64,000 nt of DNA from an uncultured Chloroflexia bacterium. Its GTDB lineage: Bacteria > Chloroflexota > Limnocylindria > Limnocylindrales > CSP1-4. Of this stretch, positions 15,380 through 24,421 are shown piece by piece (position 1 is the stretch's first letter; every line of letters begins with the position of its first letter). The position numbers and the translations under genes were made by a program. The stretch covers positions 1,039,032 to 1,103,031 of the forward strand of contig CAVPYV010000001.1 of NCBI GenBank assembly GCA_963710105.1, given 5' to 3'. The notes beneath the pieces were generated by a model. The model ran no database searches. It had not been told where the DNA came from and worked only from the letters and a program-made list of their open reading frames with translations.

Positions 15380-16896
15380 GCTCCGCCGCCCGGCCGCCGG
15401 CGCGCCCGAGCGCGGTCCGCCCGCGGCCCCTCGGCCGGACGATCGGGCAGGTCGGTCTCGCCCTGACCGTCGCGTTCGCCGGGATTGCCCTCGGTGCCGG
15501 CTACTGGCAGGTCATCCGCTCGCCCGACCTGTCGCGGGCGCCCGACAACCCCGCCGTCATCGCTGCCGCGCGGAACGTGGTCCGCGGAACGATCGTCGAC
15601 CGCGACGGCAAGGTCCTCGCGGCGAACAAGCGCAGCGCCGACACCGGCGAGCCCTACCGGGTCTACGCCGATCGGGCCTTCAGCACGGTGATCGGCTACG
15701 CCTCGACCGACTTCGGCACCGCGGGCCTCGAGCGCTCGTGGAACGCCGAGCTGACCGGCGTCTCGAACCGTGACCCGATCGGCGACCTCCTGCGCAAGTT
15801 CCGGACCGATCCGTACGACCCGCAGCGCCTGACGCTCGGGATCTCGTCCGTCCTCCAGCGGGCAGCCGTCGCGGGGCTCGGGACCGACCGGGGCGCGGTC
15901 GTGATGCTCGACCCGACGACCGGCGAGATCCTCGCCCTGGCGTCGACGCCGACCTACGACACGTCCGCGATCGCGAACCCGAAGACGTCGCGCGCCGCCT
16001 TCGCCGCGGTCCGCGACAGCGCCGCCCGGCCGCTCGTCACCCGGGCGACGCAGGGCCAGTACGTGCCGGGCTCGGTGTTCAAGATCGTGACGGCGATCGC
16101 CGGGCTCGGCTCGGGCCGGATCACTCCGACGACGACCTTCCCCGAGCAGCCGAAGGCCGAGAAGAGCGGCCTCCTGGTCGGCGGGTTCCGTGTCCGCGAG
16201 CACGCCGGGGTGCCGTCGCGATCGTTCGACCTCGGCGCGGCGACGGAGTGGTCGTCGAACATCTGGTACGCCCTCGCCGGGATGCGGACCGGCGGCGACA
16301 ACCTCGTCAAGTACGCCGCCCGGATGGGGTTCGGGGCGCCGCTCGACTTCGACCTGCCGACCGCCCGCTCGCAGGTCACCAACGGCGACGGCCCCGACCC
16401 GGGCGGGTTCAGCGACGAGGTCGAGCTCGCCAACGCCTCGTACGGCCAGGCCGAGACCGTGGTGACGCCGCTCCAGATGGCGCTCGTCGCCGCGACCGTG
16501 GCCCATGGCGGGACGCTGATGAAGCCGCACCTCGTGATCGCGACCACCGGCCGTGACGGCACGCGGACGATCGCCCCGGAACAGGCCGGCGTGGTGATCG
16601 GGCCCGACGAGGCGAGCGCGATCGCGGCCGCGATGCAGCGGGCGGTCGAGAGCTCGGTCGGCCGCCAGTTCACGACCGGGGCGAAGGTCTCGGGCGTGCC
16701 GACGGCCGGCAAGTCGGGCACGGCCGAGCTCGGCGGCAGCGGGGCGCCGCATTCGTGGTTCATCGGGTTCGCCCCGGTCGACCATCCGCGGGTCGCGATC
16801 GCCGTCATCGTCGAACGGGGCGGACGCGGCGGGGCCCGTGCGGCGCCGCTCGCGGGCGACCTGATGACGCTGTTCTTCAAGACCTTCGGCCGATGA
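15376..16896 (+). CDS. Class B penicillin-binding protein (PbpA/PBP2-type transpeptidase)
   Basis: 506-aa ORF with an N-terminal TM anchor and the motifs SxxK (PGSVFKIVT), SxN (EWSSNIWY) and KSG (AGKSGTAE). Confidence 0.9.
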   Translation: MSSAARPPARPSAVRPRPLGRTIGQVGLALTVAFAGIALGAGYWQVIRSPDLSRAPDNPAVIAAARNVVRGTIVDRDGKVLAANKRSADTGEPYRVYADRAFSTVIGYASTDFGTAGLERSWNAELTGVSNRDPIGDLLRKFRTDPYDPQRLTLGISSVLQRAAVAGLGTDRGAVVMLDPTTGEILALASTPTYDTSAIANPKTSRAAFAAVRDSAARPLVTRATQGQYVPGSVFKIVTAIAGLGSGRITPTTTFPEQPKAEKSGLLVGGFRVREHAGVPSRSFDLGAATEWSSNIWYALAGMRTGGDNLVKYAARMGFGAPLDFDLPTARSQVTNGDGPDPGGFSDEVELANASYGQAETVVTPLQMALVAATVAHGGTLMKPHLVIATTGRDGTRTIAPEQAGVVIGPDEASAIAAAMQRAVESSVGRQFTTGAKVSGVPTAGKSGTAELGGSGAPHSWFIGFAPVDHPRVAIAVIVERGGRGGARAAPLAGDLMTLFFKTFGR

Positions 16897-17168
16897 CCGA
16901 CGGCGAGCGGCCCGCGAGCCCCGCCCCGGACGAGCCGGCCCCGGACCACGTCGCCCCCACCGCCGTCGGCATGCCTGCCGCCCGATCCGAGCCGCGGCCG
17001 TGGATCGAGCGACTCGGGCTCGCCGCGATCGCCGCGGTGATGGCCGCGCTCCTGACGTTCATGGCGATCGCGGCGTGGGTCGGCGGGGAGGGGATCCTCG
17101 CGGCGATGAGCGCGTCGGGCGCGATCCTGACCGCCGGCGTCGGGCTGCTCACCCTCGTCCGCGGCTGA
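16893..17168 (+). CDS. Small two-TM membrane protein translationally coupled to the PBP gene
   Basis: Its start overlaps the PBP stop (ATGA). It is 91 aa with high GC3, a Pro/Asp-rich N-terminus and two hydrophobic helices (LGLAAIAAVMAALLTFMAIAAWV; AILTAGVGLLTLV). Confidence 0.55.
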   Translation: MTDGERPASPAPDEPAPDHVAPTAVGMPAARSEPRPWIERLGLAAIAAVMAALLTFMAIAAWVGGEGILAAMSASGAILTAGVGLLTLVRG

Positions 17169-17360
17169 GGTTTGCGGACCCGGTGTCCACCACCGCGGCG
17201 GCGCGGCCGCCCCGGATCCGCCGCGACGGGCGCGAGACACCACACCGTCACCATCGGGGGCGTCCCAGGGGCGACCGCGAACCTCTCCGGTCCGTCGGAC
17301 GTACTATCCAGCAAACCCCCGTCGCCGGACAGCGCGTCCGCGACTCCTGCGAGGAGCCAG

Positions 17361-18407
17361 ATGACGACCCTTGAGCAGACCGGAGAGAAGGTCCTCGCCA
17401 ACGTCGAGCGAGTGATCGTCGGCAAGCATCACGAGGTCCGCCTCGCCCTCGTCGCTCTCCTCTGCCGCGGCCATCTCCTGATCGAGGACGTGCCGGGAAC
17501 CGGCAAGACGGTCCTCGCCAAGGCGATCGCCCGGAGCCTCGGTTGCAGCTTCCGCCGCATCCAGTTCACCCCGGACCTCCTGCCGTCCGACGTGACCGGC
17601 CTGTCGATCTACAACCAGAAGACCCAGGAGTTCGAGTTCCGGCCGGGCCCGATCATGAGCCAGGTCGTCCTCGCCGACGAGATCAACCGGGCCACCCCGA
17701 AGACGCAGTCGAGCCTCCTCGAGTCGATGGAGGAGCGGCAGGCGACGATCGACGGAACGACCTACTCGATGCCGGACCCGTTCCTCGTGATCGCGACCCA
17801 GAACCCGATCGAGTACGAGGGCACGTTCGCCCTCCCCGAGGCCCAGCTCGATCGCTTCATGCTGCGGATCCGGCTCGGCTACCCGCAGCCGCTCGAGGAG
17901 GTCGTGATCCTCGACGAGCAGAAGCGCCACCATCCCCTCGAGGAGCTCGAGGTGGTGTGCTCGGTCGACGAGCTGCGCGACATGCAGAAGGCGATCCGCG
18001 ACATCTACGTCGACCCGTCGGTGGCCGAGTACATCGTCCGCCTCGTCGGCGCGACCCGGACCCACCCCGACGTCTATCTCGGCGCGTCGCCGCGCGGCTC
18101 GATCGCCCTCTACCGGGCCGGCCAGGCGCTCGCCGGACTGCTCGGGCGCGACTACGTCATCCCGGACGACGTCAAGGCCCTGGCCGAGCCGGCCCTCGCC
18201 CATCGACTGATCATCAAGACGAGCTCGTCGATCCATGACGTGCAGTCGGGGAGCGTCATCCGCGAGCTCCTCGAATTCGATCCCGATCGACGAGGTCCGC
18301 CCGACCGGCGGGCCGAACGGGCCGCGGTCGATCAAGCCGGCCCAGCAGAGCGCCGCCAGCGCCTGATCGACGACCCCGCGAGCCAACCGCTGACCGCACC
18401 GCGATGA
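17361..18407 (+). CDS. MoxR-family AAA+ ATPase
   Basis: The ATG at 17361 follows GAGGAG (17351-17356). Motifs: Walker A DVPGTGKT, Walker [10 protein letters not shown], and [25 protein letters not shown]. Confidence 0.9.
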   Translation: MTTLEQTGEKVLANVERVIVGKHHEVRLALVALLCRGHLLIEDVPGTGKTVLAKAIARSLGCSFRRIQFTPDLLPSDVTGLSIYNQKTQEFEFRPGPIMSQVVLADEINRATPKTQSSLLESMEERQATIDGTTYSMPDPFLVIATQNPIEYEGTFALPEAQLDRFMLRIRLGYPQPLEEVVILDEQKRHHPLEELEVVCSVDELRDMQKAIRDIYVDPSVAEYIVRLVGATRTHPDVYLGASPRGSIALYRAGQALAGLLGRDYVIPDDVKALAEPALAHRLIIKTSSSIHDVQSGSVIRELLEFDPDRRGPPDRRAERAAVDQAGPAERRQRLIDDPASQPLTAPR

Positions 18408-19661
18408 TCCGTCGCTTCCAGCTGATCGTCATCGCCGCGATCCTCCTGATCGCGGCCTTCTCGACCGAGCTGGTCTTCCTGTTCTACCTCGTCTATCTCT
18501 CGATCCTCGTCGTCGGCGGCTCGTACATCCTGACCCGCCTCGGCCTGGCCGACCTCGAGGCCGGCTATGCGGTCAACCAGCTGACCGGGCACGTCGGCGA
18601 CAAGCTCCAGATCACCTACACCCTGCGGAACACGAGCCGGGTGCCCAAGCCGTGGCTCGAGGTCCACAACCCGACGACCCTGCCCGGCGGGCTGCCCGGC
18701 CGGGCGATCTCGCTCGGCTCGCGCTCGGAGCGGTCGTGGCTCGTCCGGGCGCCGCTCGTCCGGCGCGGCCACTTCCGGGTCGAACCGCTCCAGATCCGGA
18801 CGGGCGACCCGTTCGGCTTCTTCGAGGCGTCGGCGTCGGTCGGCCAGGGCGTCGCGGTCGTCGTCTACCCGCGGATCGAGCGCCTGCCGTTGTGGCGGCT
18901 GCCGGCCGCGAGCATCGAGGGCAGCCACGCCGCCCCGGAGCGGACCCTCCAGACGTCGCCGCTCGCGACCGCCGTCCGGCCCTACGCGCCCGGCGACGCG
19001 TTCAACCGGATCCACTGGAAGTCGACCGCCCGCCACGGCGAGATCCAGGTCAAGGAGTTCGAGCTCGAGCAGACCGCCGACGCCTGGATCTTCCTCGACC
19101 TCGAGCGGGCGGTCCAGGGCGGGCGCGGCGAGGAATCGACGGTCGAGGCCGCAGTCCGGGCCGCGGCGTCGATCGCCGCCAAGGCGCTCCTCGAGAACCG
19201 CGCCGTGGGCCTGACCGTGAACGGCCACCGCCAGGCGATCGTCCCGGTCGATCGCGGCAGCCGCCAGCACCTGAAGATCATGCAGCTCGCTCGCCGCCGT
19301 CGACGGCGACGGCACGACCCCCCTCGTCGAGTGCCTCGTCAACAGCGCCGGCCGCCTCCGCCGCGGGATGACCGCGATCGTGATCACCGCCTCGACCGAT
19401 CCGGCCTGGGTCCGCCCGATCGCGGCGCTCCGCAGCCGGGGGATCGGCTCGGTCGTCGTGACGCTGGATGCCGCGGCGGCGGATGAGCTCGACCGGTCCG
19501 AGCGGGCGCGGGCCGGCGAGGCGGTCGCCCAGCCCGATCCGGCCCTCGCCGACCAGCGCGCCAAGAAGGCCCGGGCGCTCCGCCACGCGCTCGCCGAATT
19601 CGAGCTGTCGGTCCACGGCCTCGTCCCCGGTCGGCCGATCGCGGAGACCCTCGCGTCATGA
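18404..19661 (+). pseudogene. DUF58-family protein (MoxR partner) interrupted by an apparent +1-nt frameshift near 19289
   Basis: Frame A (18404..) carries the DUF58 core (YAPGDAFNRIHWKSTARHGEIQVKEFE) but turns into an Arg/Pro-rich nonsense tail after ...QHLKIMQL. Frame B from 19290 encodes the expected C-terminus (LAAVDGDGTTPLVECLVNSAGRLRRGMTAIVITASTDPAWVRPIAALRSRGIGSVVV). Frame B ends in an ATGA overlap with the next gene. Confidence 0.75.
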
Positions 19662-21964
19662 GCTCGGTGCGGGCCCGCCTGACCGCCGCGCCGCCGGAGG
19701 GCTGGATCAGCCTCGTCCTCGTCGCGGTCCTTGCCGTCGTGGTCGCCTGGTCGCTCGACGACGCGGCGCTCGTCCTCGGCCAGCGATCGTGGACCGACTT
19801 CCTCGCCTGGGTCTCGCTCGGCGGGGTCGCCGCCGGCTTCCTCGGCGCCCGGGCCCGCCTGAGCCGGCCGCTCGCCCATCTCGTGGGGGCGGCCTTCGCG
19901 GCCCTCATCGTCCCGCTGATCATCGGCTCGATCCTCGACCCGACCGGGACGCCGGGCCAGCGCTATCAGGCGACCGCGACATCGACGGTGAACGCGGTCC
20001 TGGACTTCGCGGTCCGGGGCCTGCCGCTGACCCGGGAGACGGGCCACTACCTGCTCGTCCTCGGCCTGCTCTGCTGGGCCAACGGCCAGTTCGCCGCGTC
20101 CAGCGTGTTCCGCCACGGCCGGCCGATCGGCCCGATCATCGTCCTCGGCACGATCCTCGTCGCCAACATGTCGGCCACGATCCACGACCAGATCTGGTTC
20201 CTGGTCCTCTTCTCCCTGGCGGCGCTGCTCCTCCTGACCCGCCTCCACGCCCTCGACGAGCGGGCAACCTGGGTCCGCCGTCGGATCGGCGACCCGTCGA
20301 CGGTCGGCTCGCTCTATCTCCGCGGCGGGACCGTCTTCATCCTCGTCGCGATCTTCGGCTCGCTGACCCTCACCGCGACCGCCCGCTCGGCCCCGCTCGC
20401 CGGCTTCTGGGACGACGCCCGGCCGGCCCTCGTCGAGGTCAGCCAGTGGCTGCAGCGGATCATCCCCGCGGCGCCCGACGCGCGGTCCGTCGGCGTCCCG
20501 TCGTTCGGCCAGCAGGTCACGATCGGCGGCACCTGGTCGACCTCGGACGATCCGGCCCTCCAGATCTTCCGGACCCCCGGCGACGACCGCCCGTTCTACT
20601 GGCGGGCGACGACCTACGACAAGTTCACCCTCTTCGGCTGGGCCTCAACGGACCCGATCGACACCGATCGGCCGGCCGGCGCGGGCATCCTCGACGGGAC
20701 CCTCGACGCGATCCCGGCCGGCGCCGCCCGGACCAGCGAGCAGTTCCGGATCGTGCCCCAGTCGAATCTCTTCAAGGTGGCCTTCAGCCCGATCGACCCG
20801 CTGTCGATCGACCACGACACGACCCTCACGACATCCGGCGATGCCGGGTTCTTCCAGTCGATCGCGATCTCGCCACGCGACCCGTACACCGTCACCGCCT
20901 CGGTCCAGGACCTCGCCGACGTCGACGGCGGCGTCACCCAGAACCGCCTCCGCGGCGCCGGACGCGACTACCCCGCCGGGATCGTCGCCCGCTACACCGG
21001 CGTGCCGGCCGACGCGATGGGCCCCGCGGCGAAGCAGCTCCTCGGCGACATCAAGGCGCGGCTGAAGCTGGCCGGCGGCCCGGACACCCCGTACGACCTC
21101 GCCAGCGCGGTCGTCGACGAGCTCCACAACTCGTCGCGTTTCCAGTACAGCACGAACGTCCCCGGGGTCTGCGATCGCGACCCCTCGATCGTCGAGTGCT
21201 TCGCGGCCCACCGGATCGGCTTCTGCGAGCACTTCGCGAGCACGATGGCGATCATCCTCCGGGCCGAGGGCATCCCGACCCGCCTCGTCGAGGGCTTCCT
21301 GCCGGGCCAGCTCGACGTCGTGACCGGCAGGGAGACGATCAAGACCGGCGCGGCCCACGCCTGGGTCGAGGTCTACTTCCCAACGATCGGCTGGTACCGC
21401 TTCGATCCCACCGGCGGCCTCGCCAACACCGAGGCGATCCCGGTCGGCAGCCCGCGGCCGATCCCGAGCGCGGCGCCACCGGCGTCGTTCCCCCTGCCGA
21501 GCGGGGCCGGTCGTGACGACCCCGACCCGATCGGCAGCCGCCGCCCGGCGACCGGGGCGGGCTCGACCGGCGGCGGTGGCTCGAACGGCGGCCCGCTCGT
21601 GGCGGTGACGATCCTCCTCGTGGCGGTCGTCGTCCTGGTCGGCTTCCTGGCCTGGCGCCGCGGACCGCGCGGGGCCACGACGCCCGACGGCATGTACGCC
21701 TCGGTCGCGGGGATCGCCCGCCGGTTCGGCTTCGGGCCGCGGCCGACCCAGACCGCCTTCGAGTACGCGACGGCCCTCGGCGACGTCCTGCCCGGCGTGC
21801 GGCCGGAGCTCCACACGGTGGCGACCGCGAAGGTCGAGGTGGCCTACGGCCGGCGCGAGCTCGGCGACGACCGCCTGCGGACGCTCCGCGACTCGTATCG
21901 CCGGCTGCGGGTCGCGCTCCTCCGGCTGGCGTTCCGGCGTGGCGACCGGCGGCGGATGCGCTGA
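19658..21964 (+). CDS. Transglutaminase-like membrane protein (N-terminal multi-TM domain + transglutaminase core + C-terminal TM/DUF4129-like region)
   Basis: 768-aa ORF. The catalytic triad context is present: GFCEHFASTMAIILRAEGIPTRLVEGF, AHAWVEVYF and YRFDPT. Confidence 0.85.
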   Translation: MSSVRARLTAAPPEGWISLVLVAVLAVVVAWSLDDAALVLGQRSWTDFLAWVSLGGVAAGFLGARARLSRPLAHLVGAAFAALIVPLIIGSILDPTGTPGQRYQATATSTVNAVLDFAVRGLPLTRETGHYLLVLGLLCWANGQFAASSVFRHGRPIGPIIVLGTILVANMSATIHDQIWFLVLFSLAALLLLTRLHALDERATWVRRRIGDPSTVGSLYLRGGTVFILVAIFGSLTLTATARSAPLAGFWDDARPALVEVSQWLQRIIPAAPDARSVGVPSFGQQVTIGGTWSTSDDPALQIFRTPGDDRPFYWRATTYDKFTLFGWASTDPIDTDRPAGAGILDGTLDAIPAGAARTSEQFRIVPQSNLFKVAFSPIDPLSIDHDTTLTTSGDAGFFQSIAISPRDPYTVTASVQDLADVDGGVTQNRLRGAGRDYPAGIVARYTGVPADAMGPAAKQLLGDIKARLKLAGGPDTPYDLASAVVDELHNSSRFQYSTNVPGVCDRDPSIVECFAAHRIGFCEHFASTMAIILRAEGIPTRLVEGFLPGQLDVVTGRETIKTGAAHAWVEVYFPTIGWYRFDPTGGLANTEAIPVGSPRPIPSAAPPASFPLPSGAGRDDPDPIGSRRPATGAGSTGGGGSNGGPLVAVTILLVAVVVLVGFLAWRRGPRGATTPDGMYASVAGIARRFGFGPRPTQTAFEYATALGDVLPGVRPELHTVATAKVEVAYGRRELGDDRLRTLRDSYRRLRVALLRLAFRRGDRRRMR

Positions 21965-22001
21965 TTCCTCGCCCCGCGCGCCCGGACGGGCGGGAGATCC
22001 G

Positions 22002-22808
22002 CTAGAGCGCCCCCGAGCGTGCGCGCGCCTCGGCCTCGGCCTGCGCCTCCTCGTCGACGAGGGCCGCGAGGTGCTCGGTCAGGTTCATCGCCCGGACGAC
22101 GGGCCGGCCGGCCCGGAGCTCGACCACCGAGATCCCGCAGAGGTCGGACGACCACATCCAGAAGCGTTCGAGGGGCAGGTCGAACAGGGTCAGGAGGAGG
22201 ACCTTGAAGACGCCGTCGTGACCGACGAGGATCGACCACGGCTGGTCGGGCACGGCGTCGCGGTAGCCGGCGACTTGGTCGGCATGGATCGATCCGGGCC
22301 GACCCGCGGCGGCGAGCTCGGCGAGGAGGCCGCCGAGGGCCGGCGCGACGCGCGCCCGGACATCGCCGAGCGGCTCGCCGCCGGGGGCCCAGGCGAGGGT
22401 CGGTGTCCGGCGCCAGGCCGCGAGGCGCTCGCCATCGGTCGCCGCGATCTCGGTGGCGAGGAGGCCCTCCCAGGCGCCCTGGCCGATCTCGAGGAACCCC
22501 GGATCCGGACGGAGGGGGAGGGGCCGGCCGAAGGCGTCGGGCGCGGCCGCCGCGGCGCCGATCGCCTCGGCCGTCTCGCGCGTCCGCCCGAGCGGCGAGT
22601 GGACGATCGCGAGAGGCGGTCCGGCGGGCACGGGGAGGGCCGGCCGGTCGTGGGGCCGCGCCAGGCGCGTAGCGACGAGTGCGGCCTGACGGCGCCCGAT
22701 CGTCGACAAGGGCGTCTCCGCCTGACCCTGGAACCGGTGCTGGACGATGAGCTCGGACTGGCCGTGGCGGACGAGGACGAGCGTCGCGTCCAGCCCATCC
22801 GGGATCAC
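22002..22808 (-). CDS. Histidine phosphatase superfamily protein (phosphoglycerate-mutase-like)
   Basis: This is the tail of track ORF 22002..24320, starting at the GTG at 22808. It has the RHG motif (LVLVRHGQSE), SPLGRTRETAE and a second His (ILVGHDGVFKVLL). It is the last gene of the serC-like/serA operon. Confidence 0.8.
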   Translation of the reverse strand: MIPDGLDATLVLVRHGQSELIVQHRFQGQAETPLSTIGRRQAALVATRLARPHDRPALPVPAGPPLAIVHSPLGRTRETAEAIGAAAAAPDAFGRPLPLRPDPGFLEIGQGAWEGLLATEIAATDGERLAAWRRTPTLAWAPGGEPLGDVRARVAPALGGLLAELAAAGRPGSIHADQVAGYRDAVPDQPWSILVGHDGVFKVLLLTLFDLPLERFWMWSSDLCGISVVELRAGRPVVRAMNLTEHLAALVDEEAQAEAEARARSGAL

Positions 22809-22834
22809 GCCGGCGCCACCCGGCCGGCCGCCCG

Positions 22835-24421
22835 TCAGCGGTCCCGTCCCAGCCGGATCGTCCACAGCTCGATCACCGAATCGTGGTTGCGGATCGCCTC
22901 GGCGACCTCCGGCGCGACATCCTCGTCGAGGGCCAGGATCATCAGCGCGTCGGCCCGCGGCGCGCTCCGCCCGACGTGCATGGCGCTGATGTTCACGTCG
23001 GCTTCGCCGAGCGTCTGGCCGATCCGCCCGATCATCCCCGGCCGGTCGCGGTGGTGGGTGATCAGCATCACCTCGGTCGGCTCCATGTCGAGCCGGTAGT
23101 CGTCGAGCCGGGTGAGCCGCAGCTCGCCGCCGGCGACGGTCCCGGCGACGGTCGTGGTCCGGCCGCCGCTCTGGCCGGAGAGGCTGATCTGGGCGGCGTA
23201 CGAGCCGGCGTCGGGCGTCTTTCGCTCGACGACCGTGATCCCGCGCGCCTTGGCGAGCGACGCCGCGTTCACGAGGTTGACCCGCTGGGTCGTCGAGGTC
23301 TCGATCATCCCGCGGAGGACCGCCGCGGTCAGCGGCGACGCGTCGTGGGCGGCCAGCTCGCCGGCGATCTCGAGGGTGACGGTCCGGACCCCGCTCCGGG
23401 CGAACTGGGCGAAGAACCGGCCGAGCATCTCGGCCAGGGGCAGGTACGGCGCGATCGCCCGGGCGGTCTCGGGCGTCAGGAGCGGGGCGTTGACCGCGTA
23501 GCGCGCCGATCGTCCGGCGAGGACGTCGAGGACCTGGTCGGCGACCTCCTCGGCGACGAGCACCTGGGCCTCCGCGGTCGACGCGCCGAGGTGTGGCGTC
23601 AGGAGCGTGTTCGGGGCGTCGAGCAGGGGCGACCCGGTCGGCGGCTCGGCCTCGAAGACGTCGATTCCGGCGCCGGCAAGCTGCCCGTCGCGGAGGCCCT
23701 CGGCGACGGCCGCCTCGTCGAGGATCCCGCCGCGGGCGACGTTGAGCAGGATCGCCCCGCGCTTCATCCGGGCGATCTGCTCCCGCCCGATCAGCCCCCG
23801 CGTCGCCCGGGTCAACGGCACGTGGACGGTGATCACGTCGGCCCGCTCGACGAGGCGGTCGAAGTCGACGAGCTCCACGCCATGGTGGGCCGCCTGCTCG
23901 GCGGTCACGAAGGGATCCGAGGCCACGACGACCATCTCCATCGCGACCGCCCGGGCCGCGATGGCCTGGCCGATCTTCCCGAGGCCGACGATCCCGAGCG
24001 TCCGCCCGCGCAGCTCGAGCCCGGTGAACTGGGCCCGCTTCCACTCCCCCCGGCGGAGGGACGCGTCCGCCGCGGCAACCTTGCGGGCCACGCCGTAGAG
24101 GAGGGCGAGAGTGTGCTCGGCCGCGGCGATCGTGTTGCCCGTCGGGGCGTTGACGACCGTGATCCCGGCAGCGGTCGCGGCATCGAGGTCGACGTTGTCC
24201 ACGCCGACGCCGGCCCGGCCGATGACCTGCAGCCGGTTGCCGGCCGCGGCGATCACCGCGGCGTCGACCTGGACCTGGCTCCGGACGAGCAGCGCGTCGT
24301 ACTCCGGCAGGATCGCGCACAGCTCGTCGCGCGAGATCCCCGGCCGCTCGTCCACCTCGTGGACGGCCCGCAGCCGCTCGACGCCTTCCCGGGCGATCGG
24401 CTCGACGACGAGGACCCTCAC
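22835..24421 (-). CDS. serA: D-3-phosphoglycerate dehydrogenase (long form with ASB/ACT domains)
   Basis: The GTG at 24421 overlaps the upstream stop (GTGA). Motifs: GIVGLGKIGQAIA, LNVARGGILDE, PHLGAST, and a C-terminal ACT-like region (VMLITHHRDRPGMIGRIGQTLGEADVNISAMHVGR). Confidence 0.9.
   Translation of the reverse strand: MRVLVVEPIAREGVERLRAVHEVDERPGISRDELCAILPEYDALLVRSQVQVDAAVIAAAGNRLQVIGRAGVGVDNVDLDAATAAGITVVNAPTGNTIAAAEHTLALLYGVARKVAAADASLRRGEWKRAQFTGLELRGRTLGIVGLGKIGQAIAARAVAMEMVVVASDPFVTAEQAAHHGVELVDFDRLVERADVITVHVPLTRATRGLIGREQIARMKRGAILLNVARGGILDEAAVAEGLRDGQLAGAGIDVFEAEPPTGSPLLDAPNTLLTPHLGASTAEAQVLVAEEVADQVLDVLAGRSARYAVNAPLLTPETARAIAPYLPLAEMLGRFFAQFARSGVRTVTLEIAGELAAHDASPLTAAVLRGMIETSTTQRVNLVNAASLAKARGITVVERKTPDAGSYAAQISLSGQSGGRTTTVAGTVAGGELRLTRLDDYRLDMEPTEVMLITHHRDRPGMIGRIGQTLGEADVNISAMHVGRSAPRADALMILALDEDVAPEVAEAIRNHDSVIELWTIRLGRDR

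Noticed and set aside
19368-19661. Track ORF of 97 aa as an independent small gene
   Set aside because: It is the in-frame C-terminal part of the DUF58 family protein, displaced by the frameshift near 19289. The ATG at 19368 is an internal Met.
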